A stretch of DNA of 32,936 bases from the IMG/VR virus record IMGVR_UViG_3300009132_000002, one strand, 5' to 3'. Shown here piece by piece: positions 1-8,029 of the stretch. The translations under genes and the position numbers were made by a program. Below the pieces are notes generated by a model, which made no database searches, was not told the DNA's origin, and worked only from the letters and a program-made list of their open reading frames with translations. Numbering within the stretch: position 1 is the first letter of the stretch; each line of letters starts with the position of its first letter. This DNA comes from a virus. Taxonomy: Duplodnaviria; Heunggongvirae; Uroviricota; Caudoviricetes.

Positions 1-55
1 ACGCCACCCACAAAATCACTAGAAGGTTAAAAATAGAGAGGAATAATTTTTTAAA

Positions 56-538
56 ATGATTGATCCGATTACAGCAATTAGTGCTGCAACGGCTGCTTTC
101 AATGGAGTGAAAAAACTTGTCGCGGCAGGACGAGAAATAGAGGATGTAGTTGGTCAATTAGGAAAGTGGTATGGAGCCGCAGCAGATTTAAATAGAGCAG
201 AGTCTCAAAGAAAGAATCCACCTATTTTTACTAAATTATTTAGTGGTGGTTCTGTTGAGCAAGAAGCTCTTGAAATTCTTATTCATAAAAAGAAACTTGA
301 AGAACAAGAAAAGCAACTTCAAGATTTATTAAATATTCGCTTTGGCTTTGGTACTTGGAAAGAGATGGTTGAATTAAGACGTTCAATTAAAAAAGAACGT
401 GAAGAAACCATTTATAGACAGCAGGAAAAAAGAGCGGCGTTTTTTGAGGGTTTACTTCTTATATTTTTAGTTATAGTAGGATTTGCTACCGTTGTTGGTG
501 GTATATTTTTAACCGGTCTTGGCGCTGGTTGGTGGTAA
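56..538 (+). CDS. Hypothetical membrane protein (coiled-coil middle, C-terminal TM helix)
   Basis: 160-aa ORF with GAGG upstream; hydrophobic C-terminal stretch LLLIFLVIVGFATVVGGIFL. Confidence 0.8.
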   Translation: MIDPITAISAATAAFNGVKKLVAAGREIEDVVGQLGKWYGAAADLNRAESQRKNPPIFTKLFSGGSVEQEALEILIHKKKLEEQEKQLQDLLNIRFGFGTWKEMVELRRSIKKEREETIYRQQEKRAAFFEGLLLIFLVIVGFATVVGGIFLTGLGAGWW

Positions 539-705
539 TCTGGCCTCTGGTTTTTACTACGCTTACAATGATTTATATTGATAATCAACCACCATCAACC
601 TTAGTACGAATATGTGTGTATCAACATCCAGAGAAATCATGGATGAAAGAGCAGTATTGGATATGGGATTGGGAAACTTGTCCGATAGGCGTAATTAGAG
701 ATTAA
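532..705 (+). CDS. Small hypothetical protein (57 aa), missed by ORF track
   Basis: GTG at 532 overlapping the upstream stop; reads (M)VIWPLVFTTLTMIYIDNQPPSTLVRICVYQHPEKSWMKEQYWIWDWETCPIGVIRD; TAA at 703-705 overlaps the convergent gene stop. Confidence 0.6.
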   Translation: MVIWPLVFTTLTMIYIDNQPPSTLVRICVYQHPEKSWMKEQYWIWDWETCPIGVIRD

Positions 706-1034
706 GACATATTAACTATTGTATTATGATCTTCTTCTGTTTTACTTGCTTCTATTATTATATTAGCGTATTCAATAAAATTGTCATTATCAATTTGATC
801 TTTAATCCAGCCTAACATAATTTCTTCAGTTACATTTTCTTCTAGCACATAATCACCGGTATTACGTATTTGAAGTTTATAAACTTTTGTGAAATTGGCT
901 ATTTCGGGTCCGCCGTCTAATTCTCGTATCGTGAATAATACCCATATGTGACTTATGGCGTTTGAAAGGGTTTCAAACCCTGTATACCATTCAAGTTCTT
1001 TTCTATACTTTACTACACTTTTCTCAATAATCAT
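702..1034 (-). CDS. Hypothetical protein, probably tail/tail-fibre associated
   Basis: ORF track 702..1040 (TTG); ATG at 1034 overlaps the upstream stop (TAATG), so it is the preferred start; last gene of the tail-fibre-like operon. Confidence 0.65.
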   Translation of the reverse strand: MIIEKSVVKYRKELEWYTGFETLSNAISHIWVLFTIRELDGGPEIANFTKVYKLQIRNTGDYVLEENVTEEIMLGWIKDQIDNDNFIEYANIIIEASKTEEDHNTIVNMS

Positions 1035-1204
1035 TACCAACTTTCTCCTTTTTTGACACCATCCTTATATTCTCCTAGCCATGCATCTAATATTGGATGA
1101 TTATCTGCAGTTTTTGATTGGAGAATGTCTAGTTGAGCAGAATCTTGATGAACAAAGAATACGTTTGCGAAAGGTGATCCAGCACTATCATTTAACTCTA
1201 CCAT
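1034..1204 (-). CDS. Small hypothetical protein, paralog of 1198..1401
   Basis: ATG at 1204 overlapping the upstream TAG; MVELNDSAGSPFANVF...LGEY...W. Confidence 0.7.
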   Translation of the reverse strand: MVELNDSAGSPFANVFFVHQDSAQLDILQSKTADNHPILDAWLGEYKDGVKKGESW

Positions 1205-1392
1205 GGTCGACCCCAAGTGTCTTTTATATTATATTCCCCAAGATTTCCAATTTGTCCTGAAGCTAAGGGTGTTGGCTCAACTACTGTTACAGCATCCGGC
1301 TGTATATCATCCACTTCAATTATATTAGTATAAGCCGAATCCATAGTTGCAATAAATACATTTGCGAAAGGTGATCCAGCACTATCATTTAA
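1164..1392. repeat. 32-bp exact direct repeat (1164-1195 and 1361-1392)
   Basis: tttgcgaaaggtgatccagcactatcatttaa occurs twice, 197 bp apart, encoding the shared N-termini of two small ORFs. Confidence 0.95.
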
Positions 1393-1401
1393 TTCTGCCA
1401 C
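1198..1401 (-). CDS. Small hypothetical protein, paralog of 1034..1204
   Basis: GTG start overlapping the upstream TAG (TAGTG); MAELNDSAGSPFANVF...LGEY...W. Confidence 0.7.
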   Translation of the reverse strand: MAELNDSAGSPFANVFIATMDSAYTNIIEVDDIQPDAVTVVEPTPLASGQIGNLGEYNIKDTWGRPW

Positions 1402-2630
1402 TATTCAACCTTCATAAAAAATGATATAGGAGCCTTTGTAGAAGTACTTGTTGACCATCCCAAGTAAATATATTTATCAGATCCGATAGTCATCGTATCT
1501 CCAAAATTGCCTTGCATAGGTAGTGTATAATAAATAGGACAATATTTTGAAAGGTTATATAGGGTTCCTGGTACATAAAAACTTGCATCCAGTAAAAGAG
1601 GAAATAGTGGAATGTGTTTTGTTCCTGCAGCATCCAAATAATAGTTAGATGATGCCATATATGGATTTCCACTTATATCTGTGCCCCAGTCATGGAATGT
1701 TCTTACATCCATCCAAGCGGTGTGATTATAAAAACCGCGATAATTTGTCGCAAAGTGTGAACCGGGCCAGTCATAGTTCGCCGATGAGCCTGTCGTGGTC
1801 CCAGTAGATGTTCCATCGTCAGCCATTGCTTTGCCATTAAATTCATTGTTTTCATAGGACCAAGAAACACTTTTATATGCTTTATTATACATACCATTGT
1901 ACATCATTTCTGGCATAGTAGTGATACTAAAATCACTGTTAGATTGGCCGCTACTATAACCATAGTAGGGATCAGCTTGAGGCGTTGTATGACCAGCAGC
2001 AATTCTAAAGTATATAGCTGATGGTGATGTTCTTCCGGTAATTGCTTCCCATTTATGATGCATGCCAGTTTTATCTACTTCAATATACCCTTGTATTGTA
2101 GGTGTATTTTCATAACTATATCCGGCTTGAACAATGTACTTTTGAGATGCAAAAACATGTAATGTTGTATCAGAACCACTGGTCCCAGGATTATATGTAT
2201 TATACGGTTTATAGGATGAACTAGTACCATTATACCCATGGCATTCTAATTCTTCTGTGCTTTCATATGCCATTAAAGGGAATATTCCTAAACCCCCTGA
2301 AGCATTGGTTCTAAGATCAGAATTGTATATCCCGGAGTTTGTATGATTACCGTTCTGTTTTAATGAAACAGCCTTTTTCACTCCACTGACAGCCGTAGTA
2401 TTATAGATTCTATATTTTTGATCATTTTGACCAGGCGTTGCATCACTAGAAATTGTATCTCTTGAATCTAATGTCCAACCCGTAGATGTATTACCTTCAA
2501 TAGTATTATTATTTGAAATTCCATCACTAAATTCGTGACTGGAAATACTACCAGAGGTGATTGCTCTTGTTATGTCTCTAACAACTCCATTGGATCTAAT
2601 GCTAGACGCTGGCGTATATTTTATATACAT
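1401..2630 (-). CDS. Putative virion structural / receptor-binding protein
   Basis: 409 aa, rich in S/T/G/Y/N, beta-strand-like; in an operon with a tail-fibre-like gene downstream of a TATAAATA box. Confidence 0.55.
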   Translation of the reverse strand: MYIKYTPASSIRSNGVVRDITRAITSGSISSHEFSDGISNNNTIEGNTSTGWTLDSRDTISSDATPGQNDQKYRIYNTTAVSGVKKAVSLKQNGNHTNSGIYNSDLRTNASGGLGIFPLMAYESTEELECHGYNGTSSSYKPYNTYNPGTSGSDTTLHVFASQKYIVQAGYSYENTPTIQGYIEVDKTGMHHKWEAITGRTSPSAIYFRIAAGHTTPQADPYYGYSSGQSNSDFSITTMPEMMYNGMYNKAYKSVSWSYENNEFNGKAMADDGTSTGTTTGSSANYDWPGSHFATNYRGFYNHTAWMDVRTFHDWGTDISGNPYMASSNYYLDAAGTKHIPLFPLLLDASFYVPGTLYNLSKYCPIYYTLPMQGNFGDTMTIGSDKYIYLGWSTSTSTKAPISFFMKVE

Positions 2631-2640
2631 TTATATTTTC

Positions 2641-3195
2641 CTAACTAAATTTTAATATCATATGGAGATTAGCTCCAGCTGTGGTTCCACCAACAGAAGT
2701 TATATCTACTGTAATATAGTCTCCGGATACAAAAGATACACTTGGTGTAGTAGTTGCACTAGTTGTGCCATCAGTAATAGTAACAGTGGTAGCGGATGAA
2801 CCGTTTTTATTTATTCTAAGACCTAAATCATTTCCAACTGGACCGACTTCAATATTAGCAACTATTTCATTTAATGTTGTCGCTGATGACATATACAATT
2901 TTGCAGATCCATTTTGCGGATATAAAATTCCATTATATCTGTAATCTTTTTCAATTCCGCCGCCAGCCGCAAATGCAGAAGTTCCAGCAGAATCTTCAAA
3001 TTTAATTTTTCCGGGATTAGTAGCATCTTCCTTAATTACGACACCACCGATATGTAAAGTGCCGCCTGAAAGATACATATCTTTCCATTTATGTGTAGGA
3101 CTTCCTAAATTATACGAACTGTCTGCACTTGGAATAATATTTTGATCAACTGCAGTTAGATCAATTGCTGATCTAATTGACGAATAAGTTGCCAT
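2641..3195 (-). CDS. Tail-fibre-like structural protein
   Basis: Motif NIIPSADSSYNLGSPTHKWKDMYLSGGT is typical of marine T4-like tail fibres; C-terminal beta domain ending YITVDITSVGGTTAGANL. Confidence 0.65.
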   Translation of the reverse strand: MATYSSIRSAIDLTAVDQNIIPSADSSYNLGSPTHKWKDMYLSGGTLHIGGVVIKEDATNPGKIKFEDSAGTSAFAAGGGIEKDYRYNGILYPQNGSAKLYMSSATTLNEIVANIEVGPVGNDLGLRINKNGSSATTVTITDGTTSATTTPSVSFVSGDYITVDITSVGGTTAGANLHMILKFS

Positions 3196-3226
3196 TCTAA
3201 ACCCTTTGTTTCTTAATTATTTTATA

Positions 3227-3234
3227 TATTTATA
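3227..3234 (-). promoter_or_regulatory. T4-type late promoter TATAAATA
   Basis: Exact consensus in the intergenic gap about 32 nt upstream of the tail-fibre-like ATG at 3195. Confidence 0.7.
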
Positions 3235-3246
3235 TAGAAAAACACT

Positions 3247-3528
3247 TTAAACCCCAAAACTTTCCCCACAACCACAATTGGCTGTAGCATTGGGATTTAC
3301 AACTTTTAAGTAAGAACCGCCAATTTCTTCTACATAATCTACAGTACAACCAAAAACAAACATCTCGGCTAATGGATCTAACCACAAATTTTCTACTGTA
3401 GGTTCTTTATCTGTAGTACCCCACTCATATTGAAACCCAGCGCATCCACCACCTTTTACGGTCAAGGATACGTTGGGTTTCCCTATTCTTTTAAGATATT
3501 CTTTAGCGGTTTCCGTTACTTGGATCAT
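3247..3528 (-). CDS. iscA: A-type Fe-S cluster carrier (IscA/SufA/ErpA, HesB family)
   Basis: GGGCAGFQY and C-terminal CGCGESF motifs; begins IQVTETAK. Confidence 0.92.
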   Translation of the reverse strand: MIQVTETAKEYLKRIGKPNVSLTVKGGGCAGFQYEWGTTDKEPTVENLWLDPLAEMFVFGCTVDYVEEIGGSYLKVVNPNATANCGCGESFGV

Positions 3529-3730
3529 TAAAATACTTATCCAACATTTCTAACATATCATGATATTTTGCTACTTCTTCCATTTCGGTTTCAATAGCTT
3601 CCATAATATCTGGGTGTTCTCCTACGCCCACAGGATTATGAAGATATACTTCAACATTAGCCACATGCTTGTCAATATGACCTTGAGCATGTGATCTAAA
3701 AGCTTTAATTAAAATTGGTCTCATATTCAT
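3503..3730 (-). CDS. Conserved hypothetical protein of marine T4-like phages
   Basis: HAQGHIDKHVANVEVYLHNPVGVGEHPDI; start moved to ATG 3730 behind GGAG. Confidence 0.7.
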   Translation of the reverse strand: MNMRPILIKAFRSHAQGHIDKHVANVEVYLHNPVGVGEHPDIMEAIETEMEEVAKYHDMLEMLDKYFNDPSNGNR

Positions 3731-3777
3731 TTTACTCTCCATTATATGATTGTGCCAGTCTGGGTGAATATCGTGTA

Positions 3778-4593
3778 TCATTCTGCTAACGGATTATCTA
3801 GTGCTTCTTGTAAGGTTTCTCTAATATCTTTATCTAATATTCTCATGTCTTCATCTATTCTTGACTCGGTTTGTCTCATGGTATCACGAACATCTTTTTC
3901 AGATTCTCTTATAGTTGATTCAACTTCACGAATGCTCTTAGTAACATCTTTCTGCAGTTGATTCATCTCGTTTCTAATACCCTCAAGTACATCATCTATA
4001 CTTGACTGAGTATCTTTAATTCTATTTTCAGATAATTCTAATTGCGTATTAATATTATCACGCATACCTGCCATAACATTCTGATTTTCCTGTAAAGCAA
4101 GCCGTTGTCTTTCTTGTGAAGTATCTAGTTGAGTTGCTATATTATCACGCATAGTTGACATGGTGTTTTGATTGTCTTTTAAAGTTGTTCTTAATCTTTC
4201 TTCAAAAGTATCAAGTTTAGTGTATACGTCATTCTTTAGATTTCTGACTGTGGTATCCATAGTCGTCATTTGATCATCTACACGTATTTTCATATTATTT
4301 GTTTTAGTTTCAATAGCTGTAATTAAAACTTCAAGTCGATTAATATCAGCTTTTATATCAACTTTAATGTCCTGTGTATAGCTTATTGCGTCTTCAAGTT
4401 TTTGTAGTTGTAAAGCATTTGCAGCTAGAATTTCATCTATATCAATATTCTGAATAATTTCTTTCATATCCATATAGTCTTTATAGATTTCAAATCCACC
4501 CCATGCGGCGCCACCTAAAGTAGAAAGTGCTGTAATTACAGCAAACATTTTTCCGCCGGAAAATTTTAATCCACCAAACTCAAGTTCTGCCAT
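3778..4593 (-). CDS. Membrane-anchored long coiled-coil protein with a 29-aa internal repeat
   Basis: N-terminal hydrophobic MFAVITALSTLGGAAWGG followed by about 230 aa of heptad-like helix. Confidence 0.75.
   Translation of the reverse strand: MAELEFGGLKFSGGKMFAVITALSTLGGAAWGGFEIYKDYMDMKEIIQNIDIDEILAANALQLQKLEDAISYTQDIKVDIKADINRLEVLITAIETKTNNMKIRVDDQMTTMDTTVRNLKNDVYTKLDTFEERLRTTLKDNQNTMSTMRDNIATQLDTSQERQRLALQENQNVMAGMRDNINTQLELSENRIKDTQSSIDDVLEGIRNEMNQLQKDVTKSIREVESTIRESEKDVRDTMRQTESRIDEDMRILDKDIRETLQEALDNPLAE
4052..4153. repeat. Intragenic tandem repeat, 87-bp (29-codon) period
   Basis: atattatcacgcata at 4052-4066 and 4139-4153; peptides NQNTMSTMRDNIATQL and NQNVMAGMRDNINTQL. Confidence 0.85.
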
Positions 4594-4601
4594 TTAAATA
4601 C

Positions 4602-4787
4602 CTAATTGAACGTATCTACTAAAGTAGGACCGAACTGTGATCCAGCCCATAGTACAGCAAGCATAGCAAAAAGACCTACTACCACCCACTTCATTTTAAA
4701 ATCATCTACAACCATCTTAATAGCAACTAATTCATTTCCCAGAACACGTATTGCCATTTCAAATTTTCCTTCGGGTTCATCAACCAT
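4602..4787 (-). CDS. Small membrane protein
   Basis: 61 aa, single TM WVVVGLFAMLAVLWAG; GGAG RBS. Confidence 0.75.
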   Translation of the reverse strand: MVDEPEGKFEMAIRVLGNELVAIKMVVDDFKMKWVVVGLFAMLAVLWAGSQFGPTLVDTFN

Positions 4788-4796
4788 TTTTATCTC

Positions 4797-5198
4797 CTAA
4801 TTCTCAAACTGCAATTCTCTTAACTGTTGCAGTTCTCTTTCAAGTTTCATAACTTCTAATTTCTTTTTTCTTAACTCAAGTTCATAAAGATCATTACAAT
4901 TTATTCTTTCCTTTGGTGCACCTATTGGAATAACAATTCTTCCATATACACCTACATCTCCAGCCCTACCAGTTCCATAATCTTGACTAAACGGATTATT
5001 TTCTTTTTGTATAATACCAGTTACGCCAAACTCAAATGTAGAAGCTGATCCTATAGAATTTGTACAATCTAAATCACCAGCTTTGATTCTATCATTACCA
5101 TAACCTTGAGATGCATTAGGTATGGCTAAATTCAAAGAAGCAGAATCCGCATAAGCAACTCCACTTAAAAATAATAATATAATAAAAAATAATCTCAC
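4797..5198 (-). CDS. Secreted protein with a Cys pair, amphipathic beta-hairpin and C-terminal coiled coil
   Basis: GTG at 5198 gives signal peptide MRLFFIILLFLSGVAYA; beta-like TFEFGVTG and VGVYGRIVIPIG; C-terminal ELELRKKKLEVMKLERELQQL. Confidence 0.75.
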   Translation of the reverse strand: MRLFFIILLFLSGVAYADSASLNLAIPNASQGYGNDRIKAGDLDCTNSIGSASTFEFGVTGIIQKENNPFSQDYGTGRAGDVGVYGRIVIPIGAPKERINCNDLYELELRKKKLEVMKLERELQQLRELQFEN

Positions 5199-5200
5199 GT

Positions 5201-5578
5201 TTATTCTCTCTTTATTCTGGAACATATCCTAGAAGACACTCCAGTAGATTTCACTTCGCCTTTCACAAGTTTAGATTCAGTACAAATAAACTCGACTTTT
5301 GTTTTATCTCTATTTCTTACATAAATATCTATAGTTTTGGTTTCAAGATAATTTAAAACAACTAATTGATTTTGTGTCGCAAATTGTACTTTATTCCACT
5401 CTTTATCATATACATCTATTTTATAAAATCTAATATCATCTCGCCGATTAAATAATTTAATAGTAGTTTTAGATAAGCCTGGGATATACGATTGATTAAA
5501 AACAGGATATGTTGGAGTCATTTCATGTGAATAAACTGGGCTTACAAATAATGTAAAAAATAATATAATATATTTCAT
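5201..5578 (-). CDS. Secreted PapD/EcpB-like pilus chaperone-like protein (single Ig domain)
   Basis: Signal peptide ...SPVYS; pattern HEMTPTY...TTIKLFNRRDD...YKIDVYD resembles the N-terminal domain of fimbrial chaperones; adjacent to a fimbrial-like subunit. Confidence 0.55.
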   Translation of the reverse strand: MKYIILFFTLFVSPVYSHEMTPTYPVFNQSYIPGLSKTTIKLFNRRDDIRFYKIDVYDKEWNKVQFATQNQLVVLNYLETKTIDIYVRNRDKTKVEFICTESKLVKGEVKSTGVSSRICSRIKRE

Positions 5579-5597
5579 AATAAACTTTTCTAATCAA

Positions 5598-6098
5598 TTA
5601 TTGAGCAATGCACTCTGCAACTACGATTGCAGTATATTCACCTTGTGGCATAGATGTATCAACACCATATGTCGCAGTTGAAGACACATTAATCCAAACA
5701 GAACCAGCTACCGTTAAATCATAGTCAGTTGTATTACCATAAGTTACTTTTGCTGCTTCATATCCAGACATATCAGTAGAACTCATAGATTCTACTGAAG
5801 TAGAGCCAGTCCATTCAACATTATCACTTAAACTTGGACTTGAAGAAAAACTTGTTGGTGTCGTAATTCTTGCTAGATAGTAACTAGCCTGTGAAGTATC
5901 AAATCTAATTTTAGGTAAAACACCTCCATCACTAGGTGTTGTACTTAGTTTATATGGCTGAGGTGTACCATACACACCATCAACTTCAGTTGATACCGAA
6001 CATTTAGATTCTACGGTTCCGGTTATAGGGACGTTCTCGGCACTAACCGCAGATACAGTCCCCAATAAAGCGCTTAAAATTAAAAATTGTTTGAACAT
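5598..6098 (-). CDS. Secreted fimbrial major-subunit-like protein (Csu/spore-coat-U-like Ig fold)
   Basis: Signal peptide ...AVSA; N-terminal VPITGTVESKCSV and C-terminal GEYTAIVVAEC resemble the first and last strands of chaperone-usher pilins; 166 aa. Confidence 0.6.
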   Translation of the reverse strand: MFKQFLILSALLGTVSAVSAENVPITGTVESKCSVSTEVDGVYGTPQPYKLSTTPSDGGVLPKIRFDTSQASYYLARITTPTSFSSSPSLSDNVEWTGSTSVESMSSTDMSGYEAAKVTYGNTTDYDLTVAGSVWINVSSTATYGVDTSMPQGEYTAIVVAECIAQ

Positions 6099-6108
6099 TT
6101 TTTGTTCC

Positions 6109-6136
6109 TATTTATTATTTTCTATTAGTATTTATT
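6109..6136 (-). promoter_or_regulatory. Two AATAAATA late-promoter-like boxes (6109-6116, 6129-6136)
   Basis: In or at the edge of the short gap upstream of the pilin-like gene; AT-rich context makes chance matches possible. Confidence 0.45.
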
Positions 6137-6995
6137 CATATTGTGATCTGACTATTCTTCGATGCAAAGTGTCAGACGCAAAATTTCTTAATGCGCGTCT
6201 ATTATCTGCTAATTCATTAGGCTCAAATTCTACCGTTTCGTTGTATATTCCTCCCGGAATATCTGTAGTATAATAATCATTTAATGCTTGTTCTTGTATG
6301 CTATAAGCGTCAAGTAATCCTGCTTGACCAGCATATTGTTCAAGTATTTCGTTATTTGTATTCAGGCGATTTTCTTCTTCGTTTTCTTCTTTTACAGATT
6401 CATTACGTTCTTCTGTAAGTTTAGTTTCAGAATTTAATACTTCTTGTACTTCATCATTATCATAAGGATTATCAGGTTCAACTTGTTTATTTAAAAGTGC
6501 CTGTTCAGCTAATAATGCGGCTAAAGCTTCTGCATATCCCGGACAGCTTGGATCACTTAATACTACTGCACAAGGATCAAATTGATAACTATATACAACT
6601 GTTGGATCGGTAACGCTTCCATTACCATCAATAGCTATTTCTCCATCACCAAATCTGTTTCCAGCAATTCTATCAATTGGAACAACCTTGTTTATAGTAC
6701 CACCAGGACCACCGCTCCAATCATCAGTATTTGAAAAAATATATCCGTTCGACAAAGTATCTTCATTACGAATATGTACTTTCATATCATCTGCAATTTC
6801 TTTATTTGCGGTATATCTATAGATCATTCCATTTATAATAAGACCCGTTTCACTCGGCAAAATACTACCCATGCTCCAATTCAATCCATTGGCTGCTGCA
6901 TTATTTGTAGTACCTGATACTATATCACTAGAGTAAGAGTAAGAGCAAAAGGCCACCCAAACCACCAACGCCCCAAAGAGTCTTTTTATCAGCAT
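6132..6995 (-). CDS. Secreted protein: beta-rich N-domain, Cys motif DPC-x8-CPGY, acidic/helical C-terminus (possible adhesin-like)
   Basis: ATG 6995 gives signal peptide MLIKRLFGALVVWVAFCSYSYS; 287 aa. Confidence 0.7.
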   Translation of the reverse strand: MLIKRLFGALVVWVAFCSYSYSSDIVSGTTNNAAANGLNWSMGSILPSETGLIINGMIYRYTANKEIADDMKVHIRNEDTLSNGYIFSNTDDWSGGPGGTINKVVPIDRIAGNRFGDGEIAIDGNGSVTDPTVVYSYQFDPCAVVLSDPSCPGYAEALAALLAEQALLNKQVEPDNPYDNDEVQEVLNSETKLTEERNESVKEENEEENRLNTNNEILEQYAGQAGLLDAYSIQEQALNDYYTTDIPGGIYNETVEFEPNELADNRRALRNFASDTLHRRIVRSQYE

Positions 6996-7473
6996 CTGAC
7001 ATTTCTTTCTTATAGTTGCTTCCCGGTTGCATATCTTTATTTTCTTGCCATGCAGCTTTCGCAGATTCTCCAATCATTCCATCAAAAGGACACGGCGTAC
7101 CAGCATTCATCATAGCATCAAAAACTCGTTTATCTTGACACATTACAGATACTGCTGCAACTTTCATCCCCATATCATATAAAGTTTTCGCATTTTTTAA
7201 TTTTTCACAATTCATATCTCTTACTGTACTACCAGCTGAGATACCAAGTATCTGAGTCTGCACAGCGCCTGCAATACCTACAGTACATAAATCTGAATTT
7301 GATGTACTAATCGAAGGTGAAACCGCAGAAGGTGGTGGTGAGTTTACAGTAGTATTAGAATCAATTGTTGAATTAATTGTACTATCATTTGTAGTTTCTT
7401 GTACAATAGGATCTGCTGCAAAAGCTGCAGTGCTTATAAAAAATAACATAAAACATATTACAAAATATTTCAT
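6928..7473 (-). CDS. Secreted, C-terminally membrane-anchored Cys-rich protein
   Basis: ATG 7473 behind GGAG; signal peptide ...STAAFA; four Cys; C-terminal TM LWGVGGLGGLLLLLLL. Confidence 0.8.
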   Translation of the reverse strand: MKYFVICFMLFFISTAAFAADPIVQETTNDSTINSTIDSNTTVNSPPPSAVSPSISTSNSDLCTVGIAGAVQTQILGISAGSTVRDMNCEKLKNAKTLYDMGMKVAAVSVMCQDKRVFDAMMNAGTPCPFDGMIGESAKAAWQENKDMQPGSNYKKEMSDADKKTLWGVGGLGGLLLLLLL

Positions 7474-7506
7474 AATGTTACACTCCAAAATCATTAAATA
7501 CTTTTC

Positions 7507-7514
7507 TATTTATT
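7507..7514 (-). promoter_or_regulatory. AATAAATA late-promoter-like box
   Basis: Intergenic, about 34 nt upstream of the first gene of the secreted cassette. Confidence 0.5.
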
Positions 7515-7531
7515 AAAAATTAACGACACTA

Positions 7532-7906
7532 TTATAAATTATCTTTTTCTAAATCCCATGGTTGGTTTCCAGTAAATGGTTCAAAATCGGCACCTGGCAT
7601 TAATAAACACGCCATACCATCTTCAAACACCATAATAATACTACTTCTACCAGTATCTTGATTTACAAATGTCATAGTTTTGCCTGGGTAAAATTGACCA
7701 GTAGTAGCTTCCAAAACATACCCACGACTAGAAAATAATAATCCTTCTCTACCACTTGCAATAACCCCATACACATTTTCAACGGAATCACAGGGCAAAC
7801 TTATAATTATATTTTTACTTGTATTTTCCTGCGAATAAGCAATTGACGTAAAACAAATTATAGTCCACATAAAACATATTAAAATCCATGTTATTAGAGT
7901 TTTCAT
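7532..7906 (-). CDS. Secreted hypothetical protein
   Basis: ATG 7906 behind AAGGA; signal peptide MKTLITWILICFMWTIICFTSIAYS; Cys pair (LPCD, MACL). Confidence 0.75.
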   Translation of the reverse strand: MKTLITWILICFMWTIICFTSIAYSQENTSKNIIISLPCDSVENVYGVIASGREGLLFSSRGYVLEATTGQFYPGKTMTFVNQDTGRSSIIMVFEDGMACLLMPGADFEPFTGNQPWDLEKDNL

Positions 7907-7924
7907 ATTATCATCCTTTTCAAA

Positions 7925-7954
7925 ATAAAAAAGGAGGGTTAACCATGACCCTCC
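7925..7954 (-). terminator. Rho-independent terminator
   Basis: GGAGGGT-loop-ACCCTCC stem (7954-7933) followed by TTTTTT on the minus strand. Confidence 0.85.
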
Positions 7955-8029
7955 GCGCACCTATTAAGCAGTGAACCTTTTGAGCGGCACGTTGTGTTTG
8001 AAACTCCACCCAATTATCATAGATAATAC

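Noticed and set aside
1034-1401. Programmed frameshift fusing the two paralogous mini-ORFs, or a CRISPR-like repeat-spacer unit
   Set aside because: No slippery heptamer at the junction and the second ORF has its own ATG. There are only two repeats, they are coding, and the 165-bp spacer is far too long for CRISPR.
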